Shown here piece by piece: positions 35,290-46,516 of a DNA stretch of 64,000 nucleotides. The position numbers and the translations under genes are program-made. Numbering within the stretch: position 1 is the first letter of the stretch; every line of letters begins with the position of its first letter. The notes below the pieces were generated by a model. That model saw only the letters and a program-made list of their open reading frames with translations. It was not told the DNA's origin and searched no databases. The stretch is taken from positions 23,977 through 87,976 of the forward strand of contig JAFVCV010000038.1 of NCBI GenBank assembly GCA_017478965.1. Direction: 5' to 3'. The stretch comes from Ruminococcus sp. GTDB taxonomy: Bacteria > Bacillota > Clostridia > Oscillospirales > Ruminococcaceae.

Positions 35290-37698
35290 ATGTCAAAATC
35301 AGCCGAAAAGACCATAACCAAGGATGAGCTGAAAAAGCAGTTTATCGATACTCTGCATAATGATTTTCAGACCACCCCTGAGCTTGCTGACGATAAGCAG
35401 GTTTATGAGGCCCTTTCTAAGATCGTTGTAGGCATACTGAAGGCAAAGAGAAGAAGATTTACGGTAAAGACCCAGTCAGAGGGGAAGAAGAAGGTATACT
35501 ACCTCTCCATGGAATTCCTCATGGGCAGGTCCCTGAAGACTTCGCTGTATAATCTGGAGATGAACAAGCAGGCCACCGAGATGCTCAAAGAACTGGGCAT
35601 TTCTATAAACGGCGTGTATGAGCAGGAGCCGGATGCAGGCCTTGGCAACGGCGGTCTGGGAAGACTGGCTGCCTGCTATCTGGACGCTCTGGCTGCTGAC
35701 GGCTACCATGCCACCGGCTATTCTATCTGTTACGAGTACGGTATCTTCAAGCAGAAGCTGGAAGAGGGCTGGCAGACCGAGCTGCCTGATAACTGGCTGC
35801 CCGGCGGCTCTGTATGGCTGGTGCCGGTGCCTTCTAAGGCTATCGAAGTAAGGTTCGACGGCGAGCTGAAGGAGTACTGGGACAATCAGTATCACTGCGT
35901 TATCCACGAGGGATATACCTCCGTTATGGCTGTGCCCTATGACCTGTTCGTTTCGGGCTATGGCAGCGAGGCAGTTTCCAAGCTGAGACTGTGGAAGGCT
36001 GAGATGGCCTCTTTCGATATGGCAATGTTCAATCAGGGCGATTATTCAAAGGCCCTGGGCAAAAATATTCTTTCGCAGGCTATCACCAAGGTGCTCTATC
36101 CTAACGACAACCATGCCGAGGGCAAGAGCCTGAGACTGAGACAGCAGTATTTCCTCTGTGCCGCATCTATCGGCGATATCGTAAATCAGCATATGTATGT
36201 TTACGGGAACCTGGATAATCTCCATGAGAAGGTGGCTATCCATATAAACGATACTCACCCCACTCTTGCTATACCTGAGCTGATGAGAGTGCTGCTGGAC
36301 GACTGCGGCTACAGCTGGGACAAGGCCTGGCATATAGTTCAGAACACCTTCGCTTACACCAACCACACCGTAATGCCTGAGGCACTGGAGAAGTGGGACT
36401 GCAATCTCCTCAAGAGCGTCTGCCCGAGGATATTCTCCATCATCGTTGAGATAAACGAGAGGTATTGCAGAGACCTGTGGGAGAGGTACGGCGACCAGGC
36501 AAAGGTAACGCATATGTCCATCATCGAGAAGAACATGGTGAAGATGGCCACCCTGTGCGTACACGCTTCTCACAGTGTGAACGGCGTTGCCAAGATACAT
36601 TCCGAGATAATCAAGAGGGAGACTTTCAAGGACGAGTATCAGGACACTCCTGCAAAGTTCAAGAACGTCACCAACGGCATCGCTTACAGAAGATGGCTCT
36701 ATCAGTCCAACGAAGGGCTGACCGGGCTGCTGAAGGAGAAGATCGGCAAGGGATTTCTTTCCAACGCCGCAGAGCTGAGCAAGCTGGCTGTTTTCAAGGA
36801 CGATGAGGAAGTTCTTTCAAGGCTCATCGACATCAAGCAGGAGAACAAGAAGAGGTTCGCCAAGTATGTGAAGAACCAGTACGGCGCTGTGCTGAACACA
36901 GAGTCGATATTCGATGTTCAGGTCAAGAGGCTCCATGAGTACAAGAGACAGCAGCTCAACGCCATGAACATCATCGCTCAGTATAATATGCTCAGGGACG
37001 ACCCGGATATGCCTTTTACCCCCAAGACCTATATCTTCGCTGCAAAGGCTGCGCCGGGCTACCGTATGGCAAAGCAGATAATCAAGCTGATCTGGAACAT
37101 CTCTGAGGAGCTGAAACACAACGACAGGATAAGAGAAAAGCTCAATGTCATCTTCCTGGAGGACTATAACGTTTCACTGTCTGAGATACTCATGCCGGCT
37201 GCGGACATCTCCGAGCAGATCTCTCTGGCAGGCACCGAGGCTTCCGGTACGGGAAATATGAAGCTGATGATAAACGGCGCAGTGACCCTTGGTACCATGG
37301 ACGGCGCAAATGTTGAGATACACGAGCAGGTGGGCGATGAGAACATCATCATATTCGGTATGAACGTTGATGAGGTCAATGCCTGCAAGGCCGGCTACAG
37401 ACCGGTGGACATCTACAATTCCAACGGCACTGTAAAGCGTGTTATTGACACTATCCAGTACGGTATCAACGGCAATCAGTTCCCTGAGATCGCTGACAAT
37501 CTGAAAAATTCCGATCCATATATGGCTCTGAAGGATTTCGATTCCTATCAGAACGCTCAGAGGTATGCGTCAGAGTGCTACAACGACAAGATGAAATGGG
37601 CTAAGATGAGCTTAGCCAACATCGCCGGCGCAGGCATATTCTCCGCCGACAGGTCAGTTGAGGAGTACGCTAAGGATATCTGGGGCCTTACCAAGTAA
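35290..37698 (+). CDS. glgP: Glycogen/maltodextrin (alpha-glucan) phosphorylase
   Basis: GT35 hallmarks are present: YLSMEFLMGRSL, GLGNGGLGRLAACYLDA, RLWKA, NDTHP, TNHT, and EASGTGNMKLMINGA (PLP lysine region). The ATG at 35290 follows CAGGAGGAG. Confidence 0.93.
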   Translation: MSKSAEKTITKDELKKQFIDTLHNDFQTTPELADDKQVYEALSKIVVGILKAKRRRFTVKTQSEGKKKVYYLSMEFLMGRSLKTSLYNLEMNKQATEMLKELGISINGVYEQEPDAGLGNGGLGRLAACYLDALAADGYHATGYSICYEYGIFKQKLEEGWQTELPDNWLPGGSVWLVPVPSKAIEVRFDGELKEYWDNQYHCVIHEGYTSVMAVPYDLFVSGYGSEAVSKLRLWKAEMASFDMAMFNQGDYSKALGKNILSQAITKVLYPNDNHAEGKSLRLRQQYFLCAASIGDIVNQHMYVYGNLDNLHEKVAIHINDTHPTLAIPELMRVLLDDCGYSWDKAWHIVQNTFAYTNHTVMPEALEKWDCNLLKSVCPRIFSIIVEINERYCRDLWERYGDQAKVTHMSIIEKNMVKMATLCVHASHSVNGVAKIHSEIIKRETFKDEYQDTPAKFKNVTNGIAYRRWLYQSNEGLTGLLKEKIGKGFLSNAAELSKLAVFKDDEEVLSRLIDIKQENKKRFAKYVKNQYGAVLNTESIFDVQVKRLHEYKRQQLNAMNIIAQYNMLRDDPDMPFTPKTYIFAAKAAPGYRMAKQIIKLIWNISEELKHNDRIREKLNVIFLEDYNVSLSEILMPAADISEQISLAGTEASGTGNMKLMINGAVTLGTMDGANVEIHEQVGDENIIIFGMNVDEVNACKAGYRPVDIYNSNGTVKRVIDTIQYGINGNQFPEIADNLKNSDPYMALKDFDSYQNAQRYASECYNDKMKWAKMSLANIAGAGIFSADRSVEEYAKDIWGLTK

Positions 37699-37711
37699 TA
37701 AAAAAGACAAA

Positions 37712-37748
37712 GCCCTAAGACCGGAATAAAACGGTCTTCGGGTTTTTT
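37712..37748 (+). terminator. Rho-independent terminator of glgP
   Basis: CCCTAAGACCG pairs with CGGTCTTCGGG and is followed by TTTTTT. Confidence 0.78.
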
Positions 37749-37760
37749 GTGGGTAAAAAA

Positions 37761-37921
37761 CCGGCGGCAGGACGGAAAGAGCGGCGTTCTCCAGAAAAAT
37801 CAGGCACACCTCTCCTTTATTAAAGCGGGGGGCCTTTGTTTCTGTGTTGTGACGGCCCCCGCTGCAAACCCGTAACTCGTTGCGAAGACCGTTCTTACCG
37901 CTCTCTCCGGCCTGCCGCCGG
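37761..37921. repeat. Nested GC-rich inverted repeats in the convergent intergenic region
   Basis: The outer arms are CCGGCGGCAGGACGGAAAGAGCGG (37761-37784) and CCGCTCTCTCCGGCCTGCCGCCGG (37898-37921), complementary at 22 of 24 positions. The inner hairpin is GCGGGGGGCC (37825-37834) / GGCCCCCGC (37854-37862). Confidence 0.7.
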
Positions 37922-37936
37922 CAGGTCCTGCCGGGA

Positions 37937-38155
37937 CTAGGCTGCGTCCGACAGGAATTCTCTGTCCTTGAAGAACAGGGATATGCACCAGATGGCCGAA
38001 ACTGCCACCAGGGTGTAGACTATCCTCGACAGCGGTGCGCCCTGACCGCCGAAGATGAAGGCTACCAGGTCGAATTCAAAAATACCCAGCAGGCCCCAGT
38101 TGATGCCTCCGATTATAAGGAGGGCGAGTGCGATCCTGTCTAACATTTTCATCAT
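37937..38155 (-). CDS. DUF378-family small membrane protein
   Basis: LDRIALALLIIGGINWGLLGIFEFDLVAFIFGG is the DUF378 signature. Three closely spaced ATGs (38155, 38152, 38146) follow GGAAAGGA, so the exact start is uncertain. Confidence 0.8.
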   Translation of the reverse strand: MMKMLDRIALALLIIGGINWGLLGIFEFDLVAFIFGGQGAPLSRIVYTLVAVSAIWCISLFFKDREFLSDAA

Positions 38156-38337
38156 TCCTTTCCGTCGGCGGTCATATCCGCCGTTTACCTTAGTATTGCC
38201 TGAGGAAATGAAATAATTCAGGCAGGGAAAATTTTCCTGAATTTTTTTCGGAGTCCGGCGACCGCACCCAGAACGGTTAGTGTTGACTACCGTTAATAGC
38301 ACTATAATAGTATAGTTTATTTTAGCTAAAATTACTA

Positions 38338-38366
38338 TTGAAATGAAGGGGCAAAAATGTTATTAT
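38338..38366 (+). promoter_or_regulatory. Candidate promoter of the TM1266-type regulator gene
   Basis: TTGAAA (38338-38343), a 17-nt spacer, then TGtTATTAT (38361-38366), inside an AT-rich intergenic region. Confidence 0.4.
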
Positions 38367-38431
38367 ATTATTAATATATTAATGGTATACAAGCTTTGCT
38401 TGGCTGAGAAAATGGAAAGGCGGAGGTCGTT

Positions 38432-38677
38432 ATGGAGACAAGAGTTGCTGTTATCGCAATAATAGTTGAGAATGAAAGCTCCGTTGAGGGAGTGAACGCA
38501 CTGCTGCATGAGTACAGCAGCGGTATCATCGGGCGCATGGGCGTTCCCTACAGGGCCAAGGGCGTGAACATCATCAGTATTGCCGTTGACGCCGAGCAGG
38601 ACGTTATTAACACTCTTGCCGGGAAGATAGGCAGGCTCGAGGGCGTTACCGCAAAGACTGTGTATTCGTCTGTATAA
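38432..38677 (+). CDS. TM1266-family putative iron-only hydrogenase system regulator (small ACT/NikR-C-like protein)
   Basis: This 81-aa protein, METRVAVIAIIVEN...LLHEYSSGIIGRMGVPYR...NIISIAVDA...LAGKIGRLEGV, matches my recollection of the TIGR03959-type family found next to hydEFG genes. Its position next to hydF/hydE agrees with this. Confidence 0.7.
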   Translation: METRVAVIAIIVENESSVEGVNALLHEYSSGIIGRMGVPYRAKGVNIISIAVDAEQDVINTLAGKIGRLEGVTAKTVYSSV

Positions 38678-38931
38678 ATGGCGTTTTACAGTACTGGAAA
38701 AAGTTTGTTTGATCGAATTTGATAATTAAAAACCTCCTGACGCCGAAATTTTATTGAGGTGAAAGCGGGATCATACCGAAGTCTGTACATAGGCGGCGGC
38801 TGCAGGGTGATGCGGCGCCGGCGGGCAGGCTTGCTTTGCAGCGGTCAGATCTCTGTTGAACAGGTGATCTGGCTGTTTCTTTTTTGACGAAAACTGCGTC
38901 ACAGCGAGTTTTTAAAGCGGAGAGTGATATT

Positions 38932-40143
38932 ATGGGACTTAACGATACGCCATCGGGGGAGAGGGTACATATAGGGTTTTTCGGCAGGCGCAATGCCGGC
39001 AAGTCCAGTGTGGTCAATGCCTTCACCGGGCAGGAGCTGGCAGTGGTATCCGACACCGCCGGGACCACTACGGACCCGGTCTACAAGGCCATGGAGCTGC
39101 TGCCGATGGGGCCGGTGATGATAATAGACACCCCCGGCTACGACGACGAGGGGAAGCTGGGGGAACTGAGGGTGAAAAAGACCGCTCAGGTCCTTGGGAA
39201 GACCGACTGCGCTGTGCTCGTCGTTGATGCAACGGCAGAGATGGGTGCCTGCGAGGAGCAGCTCGTTGAGCTTTTTGAGAAGAAAAAAATACCTTACATC
39301 ATTACGGTGAACAAGTGCGATCTCTTAGAGAATGTGCCTGAAAATGACGAGGTGCGCATATACGTGAGCGCCAAGGAAAAAATAAACATAACAAAGCTCA
39401 AAGAGCGGGCGGCCCGCCTGGTGAACGTGAGGGAGGAGCAGCGAAGGCTGGTGGGGGACCTTGTTGAGCCGGGAGAATATGCGGTACTGTGCATACCCAT
39501 AGACAAGGCCGCTCCTAAGGGCAGGCTCATACTTCCGCAGCAGCAGGTCATAAGGGACTTGCTGGAGGCCGGGGCCGGAGCCTTCACCTGCCGGGAGACT
39601 GAGCTGAAAGCCTTCCTGTCATCTGCGGCGGCAAGACCTAAAATGGTCATCACTGACAGCCAGGTCTTTGCCAGAGCCGATGCTGACACCCCTAAGGACA
39701 TAAAGCTCACCTCATTCTCCATACTGATGGCCAGATACAAGGGCTTTCTTGACCTTGCAGTCAGAGGGGCCTATGCCATTGATAAGCTCAGAGACGGCGA
39801 CAGAGTGCTGATCTCGGAGGGCTGTACCCACCACCGGCAGTGCGAGGATATCGGCACTGTCAAGCTGCCGAAGCTGCTGAAAAAATACACCGGCGCAGAG
39901 CTGGAGCTTGTTTTCAGCTCAGGGCGTGATTTCCCGGAGGATATGAGCAGCTTTGCCCTTTGCATACACTGCGGAGGATGTATGCTCAATGCCAGGGAGA
40001 TGAACAGCCGTATGCAGACCGTGGAGGACTGCGGGGTGCCGGTGACGAATTACGGCATCGCCATCGCCTACATGAACGGCATACTGAGAAGGAGCCTGGA
40101 GGTACTGCCGGAGACTCTGAAACTGCTTGACGGCGAAGACTGA
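38932..40143 (+). CDS. hydF: [FeFe]-hydrogenase H-cluster maturation GTPase HydF
   Basis: It has G1 GRRNAGKSS, G3 DTPG and G4 NKCD. The C-terminal cluster-binding motif is CTHH...HCGGC. Confidence 0.9.
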   Translation: MGLNDTPSGERVHIGFFGRRNAGKSSVVNAFTGQELAVVSDTAGTTTDPVYKAMELLPMGPVMIIDTPGYDDEGKLGELRVKKTAQVLGKTDCAVLVVDATAEMGACEEQLVELFEKKKIPYIITVNKCDLLENVPENDEVRIYVSAKEKINITKLKERAARLVNVREEQRRLVGDLVEPGEYAVLCIPIDKAAPKGRLILPQQQVIRDLLEAGAGAFTCRETELKAFLSSAAARPKMVITDSQVFARADADTPKDIKLTSFSILMARYKGFLDLAVRGAYAIDKLRDGDRVLISEGCTHHRQCEDIGTVKLPKLLKKYTGAELELVFSSGRDFPEDMSSFALCIHCGGCMLNAREMNSRMQTVEDCGVPVTNYGIAIAYMNGILRRSLEVLPETLKLLDGED

Positions 40144-40162
40144 TTTTACGGAGCGTGATAGA

Positions 40163-41236
40163 ATGACCGCAGCGACCACAGTAAGGGACCTTATCGACAG
40201 GCTGGAGGAGGACAGGGAGCTGAGCCTTGAACAGTGGGAAAGGGTCTTTAAGGAATGGACCGAGGAGGACAGGCTCTATGCCGCCGAAAAGGCCAGGCGG
40301 ACGGCCCTGGAAAACTTCGGGAACAAGATATATATAAGGGGCATAGTCGAATTTTCAAATATCTGTAAGAACGATTGCCTTTACTGCGGCATAAGGGCCT
40401 CAAACAAGGAAGTATCCAGGTACAGGCTCACTGAGGAGGAGATACTCCAGTGCTGCGATGAGGGCTACGGGTACGGTTTTCGCACCTTCGTGCTGCAAAG
40501 CGGAGAGGACAGGTATTTCACCGCCGAAATACTTGCGGGGATCGTCAGGAAGATAAAGGCCGCCCACCCGGACTGTGCGGTGACGCTGTCAGTGGGGGAG
40601 CTTGGGTATGACGAGTATAAGCTGCTGAAGGAGGCCGGGGCAGACAGATATCTGCTAAGGCACGAAACGGCGGACAAGGAGCATTACGGCAGGCTCCACC
40701 CGCCCCAGATGTCCTGGGAGCACAGAATGAGGTGCTTAGAGCAGCTCATGGAGCTGGGTTATCAGGTGGGTGCCGGGATAATGGTAGGCTCGCCCTACCA
40801 GACCGAGAGGTGTCTGGCGGAGGATATGGTCTTTCTGGGGAGCTTTAAACCCCACATGATCGGCATAGGGCCTTTTCTGCCTCATAAGGACACGCCCTTT
40901 AAGGATATGCCTAAGGGTCCCTATGAGCTGACGCTGTTTTTGCTCTCCCTTTGCAGGCTCATGCTGCCGAGGGTCCTGCTGCCGGCCACCACGGCCCTCG
41001 GGACCATCAGGCCGAACGGCCGTGAGCAGGGAGTGCTCTGCGGGGCCAATGTCATCATGCCGAACCTGTCGCCTACGGCGGTGAGGAAGAAATATATGCT
41101 CTACGACAACAAAATCTGTACCGGGGACGAAAGCGCTCAGTGCAGGAGCTGTCTTGAAAGGAGAATGGCTGCCATCGGATACGAGGTCGCCATAACAAGG
41201 GGAGATCATCATGATAAAATTTGCGATATACGGTAA
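40163..41236 (+). CDS. hydE: [FeFe]-hydrogenase H-cluster radical SAM maturase HydE
   Basis: It has the CX3CX2C motif CKNDCLYCG, BioB-like architecture, and [13 protein letters not shown] and IMVGSP motifs. It is adjacent to hydF. Confidence 0.85.
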   Translation: MTAATTVRDLIDRLEEDRELSLEQWERVFKEWTEEDRLYAAEKARRTALENFGNKIYIRGIVEFSNICKNDCLYCGIRASNKEVSRYRLTEEEILQCCDEGYGYGFRTFVLQSGEDRYFTAEILAGIVRKIKAAHPDCAVTLSVGELGYDEYKLLKEAGADRYLLRHETADKEHYGRLHPPQMSWEHRMRCLEQLMELGYQVGAGIMVGSPYQTERCLAEDMVFLGSFKPHMIGIGPFLPHKDTPFKDMPKGPYELTLFLLSLCRLMLPRVLLPATTALGTIRPNGREQGVLCGANVIMPNLSPTAVRKKYMLYDNKICTGDESAQCRSCLERRMAAIGYEVAITRGDHHDKICDIR

Positions 41237-41981
41237 GGGCGGCATAGGAAAGTCCACCATGGCCTGCAATATCTCGGCTGCACTGGCTCTAAAAGGCATG
41301 AGGGTCATGCAGATAGGCTGCGATCCCAAGGCCGATTCCACTTCGCTTCTGCACGGAGGCGAAAGGGTGAGAACGGTGCTGGAACTCATAAGGGAAAAGG
41401 GCGTCGGCAAGGTAGAGCTGGAGGAAACGGTCCATGTCAGTGAACAGGGAGTCATCTGTGTGGAAGCCGGGGGACCCGTACCGGGCCTGGGCTGTGCAGG
41501 CAGGGGCATCATCAGCGCCCTGGAGACTCTGGAAAGACTTGGGGCTTATGAGAAGTACAGGCCGGATGTGGTCATTTACGACGTTCTGGGGGACGTGGTA
41601 TGCGGAGGATTTTCAATGCCTATGAGAAAGGGCTATGCGGATAAGGTCTTCGTAGTGACCTCCGGAGAGAAGATGTCAAGATATGCTGCTGCCAATATCT
41701 GTATGGCAGTGGAAAATTTTAAGGGCAGGGGCTATGCTGCCCTGGGGGGGATCATCCTCAATCGGCGCAGCGTTGCCGGGGAAGATGAGAGCGTGGCCGA
41801 GCTGGCGGAGGATTTCTCCACCAAGGTCATCGGCACCGTGGACCGCAGCGAGGACATCACCGCCGCAGAGGAGAAGGGACAGACCCTTGTGACAGTCTGT
41901 CCTGAAAGCAGGGCAGCCTGCCAGATAAGGGAGACGGCGGAAAGGATAGTTCAGATATGCGGGGGGAAGAGCGATGCTTAA
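41211..41981 (+). CDS. Nitrogenase iron protein-like ATPase (NifH/BchL/CfbC family), copy 1
   Basis: Motifs are [10 protein letters not shown] (P-loop), CDPKADST (switch I), GCAGRG and DVVCGGF (the two [4Fe-4S] Cys). The start overlaps the hydE 3' end by 26 nt and follows AAGGGGAG. Confidence 0.9.
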   Translation: MIKFAIYGKGGIGKSTMACNISAALALKGMRVMQIGCDPKADSTSLLHGGERVRTVLELIREKGVGKVELEETVHVSEQGVICVEAGGPVPGLGCAGRGIISALETLERLGAYEKYRPDVVIYDVLGDVVCGGFSMPMRKGYADKVFVVTSGEKMSRYAAANICMAVENFKGRGYAALGGIILNRRSVAGEDESVAELAEDFSTKVIGTVDRSEDITAAEEKGQTLVTVCPESRAACQIRETAERIVQICGGKSDA

Positions 41982-43308
41982 AGATATGCAGAGCTATGAA
42001 AGGCCGCCCTTTGTCACCGTTGATGAGGCTCCGGAGGGGGACCATTTTGCGGGGGGACTGGAGTATAATCCCCCGGCGAGAGGGGTCTGGAACATCGTCC
42101 ATACGGGTATGCTCATACCTGGGGCCCATCAGATATTCGTATGCGCACAGGGCTGTCTCAGGGGCGTTATACTTACCGCCGCAGAGATGGGTATGCTAGA
42201 CAGGCTCAGCTGGGTGTCCGTGTCGGAGGAGGATATGTTCGACGGGACCCTGGAGAGCGATGTTGTGGAAGGAACTGCTGAGATAATCCAAAAGCTCCCG
42301 GAGCGGCCTTCGGAGGTACTGCTGTTTCTGAGCTGCATACATCTTTTTGCCGGGGCGGACTTTGAAGAGATCATCAGGGAGCTTGGCGTAAGGTTTGAGG
42401 ATATCCATTTTACTGACTGCTATATGACGCCCACCATGAGAAAGACCGTCAGCCCCGATGCTAAGATGCGGACACAGCTTTATGAGGGCCTGCGGGCCTG
42501 TCCGATAGATCCGAAGTCTGTGAATATCATAGGCTGCGACAGGCCTACGGACGAAAGCTCTGAGCTGGTGAGGATAATAAAGGAAAACGGCTTTGTGCTA
42601 AGAGACATCACCCAGGCGAAAAGCTATGAGGATTATCAGCAGATGGCAAAGGCGGCTTTCAGCGTGACATATCTTCCGACGGCAAAGGGAGCCGGGGACA
42701 GGCTCAGCGAGCGCTTCGGCAGCAGGAACATCTATATCCCCAACAGGTTCGACCCACAGGGCATAAGGGAGGAACTTTCAAAGCTCTGCGAGGCGCTGGG
42801 AGTTGAGCTGCCAAAGCTGGATGAAGAGGAGAAAAAAGCTATGGAGGCCCTTGAAAAGGCGAGGGAGCTTATCGGGGACACTGCGGTGGCGATAGACTTC
42901 ACTGCGGTCACAAGGCCCTATGAGCTGGCAAAGCTTTTGTGTGAAAAGGGATTCAATGTCAGATATATCGTCAACGATGTACTTGGCGAGGACGTGGAAG
43001 CATTCCGCTGGCTGAAGAAAAACCGGCCCGGGATAAAGATATTCTCGGCCCTGAACGTCAATATGCTCAATGCTGCGGAAAGTGCGGAAAAGTCCGGCGA
43101 GACGGTACTGGCGGTGGGGCAGAAGGCAGCCTTCTTTTTCGCCACGGATAATTTTGTGAACATCGTGGCCAACGGAGGCTATTACGGTTTTAGCGGCATA
43201 AAGGCTATCGCAGAGCTGATGTGCGGCGCTTTCACGGTACCTAAGGACCGCAGGACGGTCATCCAGCATAAGGGCATAGGCTGTTATTCCTGCGTTTATC
43301 AGGACTGA
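41974..43308 (+). CDS. Nitrogenase component-1-like subunit (NifD/NifE/BchN-type), set 1
   Basis: This 444-aa protein has Cys motifs [10 protein letters not shown] and LFLSCIHLF and Rossmann-like repeats typical of the Oxidored_nitro family. It overlaps the preceding NifH-like gene by 8 nt. Confidence 0.72.
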   Translation: MLKDMQSYERPPFVTVDEAPEGDHFAGGLEYNPPARGVWNIVHTGMLIPGAHQIFVCAQGCLRGVILTAAEMGMLDRLSWVSVSEEDMFDGTLESDVVEGTAEIIQKLPERPSEVLLFLSCIHLFAGADFEEIIRELGVRFEDIHFTDCYMTPTMRKTVSPDAKMRTQLYEGLRACPIDPKSVNIIGCDRPTDESSELVRIIKENGFVLRDITQAKSYEDYQQMAKAAFSVTYLPTAKGAGDRLSERFGSRNIYIPNRFDPQGIREELSKLCEALGVELPKLDEEEKKAMEALEKARELIGDTAVAIDFTAVTRPYELAKLLCEKGFNVRYIVNDVLGEDVEAFRWLKKNRPGIKIFSALNVNMLNAAESAEKSGETVLAVGQKAAFFFATDNFVNIVANGGYYGFSGIKAIAELMCGAFTVPKDRRTVIQHKGIGCYSCVYQD

Positions 43309-43329
43309 CCAAGGATAAGGGGACTGGAT

Positions 43330-44466
43330 ATGAAAAACGTTTCTACTGTCATTCCCTGCTATGCGGCGGATACCTCCGGGGTCTGCTCGGCTCTTTATGA
43401 GCTGGGAGGACTGACGGTGGTCCATGACGCATCGGGATGCAATTCCACCTATTCGACACATGACGAGCCCAGGTGGTACGATAAAAGGTCAATGATATAT
43501 ATTTCTGCCTTAACGGAGATGGACGCCGTTATGGGAAACGATGAAAAGCTCATCCTTGACACCGTGGCGGCAGCGGCGGACCTGCGGCCGGAGTTCATAA
43601 CTCTCTGCGGGTCTCCAATGCCGATGATGACCGGTTTTGATTACGATGCGGCGGCGGCTGAGATAGAGGAAAGGTCCGGGATAAAATGTCTTCCCATGCA
43701 CACCAACGGCACCAGGTCCTATATCGAGGGAGCATCGGAGGCGTTTCTGGCGGCAGTGAAGGCCTTTGCCAAAGAGGGACCCAAGGTGGAAAACGGCGTT
43801 GCGGTCCTGGGGGCCACGCCGCTGGACTTCGGTCTGAGCGGAAGTATCGGGAGCATAAGGACCTGGCTCGGGGAACGGGGCTTTGAGACAGTTTCCTGCC
43901 TGGCTGTGGACAGTTCTTTCAAGGATCTGGAAAGGGCCGCACTGGCTAAGGTCAGCCTGGTGGTGTCCCAGTCGGGACTGGCGGCGGCGAAGTATCTGGA
44001 AAAGGAGTTCGGGATACCCTATGTCTGCGGGGTCCCCTACGGGAAGAAGTATGCAGAGCGGGTGGAAAGGTATCTGAGATGGGCCATGGAGGACAATGAG
44101 ACTGACTGGGTGGACGAGCGCAGCGGCAGGGACTTCGACACCGTGGTCATCGGTGAAACGGTGTCGGCATTTTCACTTTGCTCCGCCCTTTACTGGGACC
44201 TTGGCATAGACGCCGCAGTGATATGTCCGCTGCCGTATGAGGAAGGCAGGCTGGGCCGGGACCTTGCAATGAGCGCCGAGGAGGACATAAAGGCATTTCT
44301 GGAGGAATGCAGGCCCGCCAGAGTCATTGCGGACCCGCTGTACAGATACGTGGTGCCAAAGGACACAAGGCTCACAGAGCTGCCGCATTTCGCATTTTCG
44401 GGGCGGTGTTTCGGGCAAAGGATACCCGACCTTATAAATAAGGATATCAAGGAGTTTTTTGAATGA
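43330..44466 (+). CDS. Nitrogenase component-1-like subunit (NifK/NifN/BchB-type), set 1
   Basis: This 378-aa protein carries [26 protein letters not shown] and [13 protein letters not shown], an Oxidored_nitro-type pattern. It is paralogous to the protein at 46513-47550. Confidence 0.72.
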   Translation: MKNVSTVIPCYAADTSGVCSALYELGGLTVVHDASGCNSTYSTHDEPRWYDKRSMIYISALTEMDAVMGNDEKLILDTVAAAADLRPEFITLCGSPMPMMTGFDYDAAAAEIEERSGIKCLPMHTNGTRSYIEGASEAFLAAVKAFAKEGPKVENGVAVLGATPLDFGLSGSIGSIRTWLGERGFETVSCLAVDSSFKDLERAALAKVSLVVSQSGLAAAKYLEKEFGIPYVCGVPYGKKYAERVERYLRWAMEDNETDWVDERSGRDFDTVVIGETVSAFSLCSALYWDLGIDAAVICPLPYEEGRLGRDLAMSAEEDIKAFLEECRPARVIADPLYRYVVPKDTRLTELPHFAFSGRCFGQRIPDLINKDIKEFFE

Positions 44467-45224
44467 TAAAGCTGGCAATTTACGGTAAGGGCGGTATAGG
44501 GAAATCCACCTGCACCGCCAACTTAGCGGCGGCCTTCGCCACACTGGGAAAGCGGGTCATACAGATAGGCTGTGACCCCAAGGCGGATTCGACCATTAAT
44601 ATCCTGGGCGGGACCCCGGTCATGCCTGTGATGGACCATATGAGAGAGCATGACGAGGAGCCTAAGACTATAGAGGAGATCTCCAGGTCAGGATTCGGCG
44701 GCATACTCTGTATAGAGACCGGAGGCCCCACGCCGGGCCTTGGCTGCGCAGGCCGGGGCATAATCACGACATTTTCTCTGCTGGAGGAGCTGGAGCTTTT
44801 TGAGAAGTTCAAGCCTGACGTGGTGCTTTACGACGTGTTGGGAGACGTGGTCTGCGGCGGCTTTGCGGCGCCCATAAGAGAGGGCTATGCCGATAAGGTG
44901 CTGATAGTTACCTCAGGGGAAAAGATGGCGCTTTACGCCGCCAATAACATCAGCAAGGCGGTGAAGAATTTCGAGGACCGCAGCTACGCCAAGGTCAGGG
45001 GGATGATCCTGAACCGCCGCAGCGTAGAGAACGAAGAGGAGAAGGTCAGGGCATTTGCCGAAAGCGCCGGGCTGGACATCGTGGCGGATATACCAAGATC
45101 CGCAGATATAATAAAGTATGAGGACATGGGAAAGACCGTCATTGAGGGGGACCCTCAGTGCGAGACTTCACAGCGGTTCTTTGAGCTGGCAAGGCTTCTC
45201 ATAAGAGAGGAGGAGGGCCGGTGA
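44463..45224 (+). CDS. Nitrogenase iron protein-like ATPase (NifH/BchL/CfbC family), copy 2
   Basis: Motifs [24 protein letters not shown] and DVVCGGF are present. The start overlaps the preceding gene as ATGA. Confidence 0.9.
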   Translation: MIKLAIYGKGGIGKSTCTANLAAAFATLGKRVIQIGCDPKADSTINILGGTPVMPVMDHMREHDEEPKTIEEISRSGFGGILCIETGGPTPGLGCAGRGIITTFSLLEELELFEKFKPDVVLYDVLGDVVCGGFAAPIREGYADKVLIVTSGEKMALYAANNISKAVKNFEDRSYAKVRGMILNRRSVENEEEKVRAFAESAGLDIVADIPRSADIIKYEDMGKTVIEGDPQCETSQRFFELARLLIREEEGR

Positions 45225-46516
45225 GGGAGGCTTTTTATATAACGGCCAAGGACCTGAGCGCCCGAGGGCCTGAGAATATCCCCGGCGAGCTGCAAAGTGC
45301 AAAGCATATGATCTACAGCTCGCCTGCCACTCTGGACTTCAATTCTCCGGGAGCAAAGGGCTTTGGGGTAAAGCGGGCCGGACTGGCGGTGCCGGGTTCG
45401 GTGATGCTGCTGGTGGCGCCGGGGTGCTGCGGAAGGAATACGGCGCTGCTCAACGAGCTTGGCTACAGCGAGAGATTTTTCTATCTTCTTCTTGACGACA
45501 CCGACATCGTTACCGGCAGGCATCTGACGAAGATCCCGGCGGCCTGTGAAGAGATCTGTGAGGAGCTCGGGGATAAGCCCTCGGCCATAATGATCTGTAT
45601 AACCTGCGTTGACGCTCTGCTGGGGACGGATATGGAAAGAGTCTGCCGCAAATGCGAGGAAAAGACCGGGGTCCCGGCGGTGCCGGCCTATATGTATGCG
45701 CTCACCAGGGAGAAGAGACTTCCTCCCATGGCGGCGGTGAGAAAGTCGGTGTATTCCCTTTTGAGACCCCAGGCAAGAAAGAGCAATGAGTGCGCTCTGA
45801 TGGGCTATTTTGCACCAATGGAGGACGGCTGTGAGATATATGAGCTGCTGAGAAAAGCCGGGATAAAAAAGATACACGAGCTGGGAAGATGCCGGACCTT
45901 TGAGGAATACAGCATGATATCAAGGGCGAATTTCAGCCTGGTGCTGAACCCGGAGGCCAGATATGCCGCACAGGATATGCAGGACCGGTTAGGGATACCG
46001 TTTATCGAGATGGTAAGGCTTTACAGGCTGGACAAGATAAGAAACCAGTACAGGCTCTTAGGGCAGGCCATCGGGGCAGAGCTCGACGATGGGGAATATT
46101 ACGAAAAGGCCCGCAGGACCGTGGAAGATTTCAGGGAGAAGTACAAAGCGCTGACTTTCGCAGTGGGAGAGTCTCTCAATGCTGACAGCTTTGAGTTAGC
46201 GCTCTCGCTGTTAAGCTTCGGGTTCAAGGTAAGCGAGATCTACGGCACCGTGGGAGAGCGCAATTTCGTTTTCGTCAGAAAGCTCGCAGAGCTTTCTCCC
46301 GACACCAGGATATTCTCGAACCTTTCGCCCACCATGATGAACTATGAGCGAAGGACCGGGATAGATGCTGTTATCGGGGCTGACGCCGGCTATTATCATA
46401 AGGACCTGCCCTGTGTGCAGTTCAATGACGAGAAACAGCCCTTCGGCTATTTCGGGGTCATAAAGCTATTCACAGAGCTGGATAAAGCCCTGGAGGGCAG
46501 GAGGGAGAGACAATGA
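45221..46516 (+). CDS. Nitrogenase component-1-like subunit (NifD/NifE/BchN-type), set 2
   Basis: This 431-aa protein has Cys motifs VAPGCCGRN and [12 protein letters not shown]. The GTG start overlaps the NifH-like copy 2 stop (GTGA) and follows GAGGAGGAGGG. Confidence 0.68.
   Translation: MREAFYITAKDLSARGPENIPGELQSAKHMIYSSPATLDFNSPGAKGFGVKRAGLAVPGSVMLLVAPGCCGRNTALLNELGYSERFFYLLLDDTDIVTGRHLTKIPAACEEICEELGDKPSAIMICITCVDALLGTDMERVCRKCEEKTGVPAVPAYMYALTREKRLPPMAAVRKSVYSLLRPQARKSNECALMGYFAPMEDGCEIYELLRKAGIKKIHELGRCRTFEEYSMISRANFSLVLNPEARYAAQDMQDRLGIPFIEMVRLYRLDKIRNQYRLLGQAIGAELDDGEYYEKARRTVEDFREKYKALTFAVGESLNADSFELALSLLSFGFKVSEIYGTVGERNFVFVRKLAELSPDTRIFSNLSPTMMNYERRTGIDAVIGADAGYYHKDLPCVQFNDEKQPFGYFGVIKLFTELDKALEGRRERQ

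Noticed and set aside
38751-39068. A 105-aa minus-strand ORF spanning the hydF leader and the 5' end of hydF.
   Set aside because: It overlaps the well-supported hydF start, and it has no RBS or motifs.
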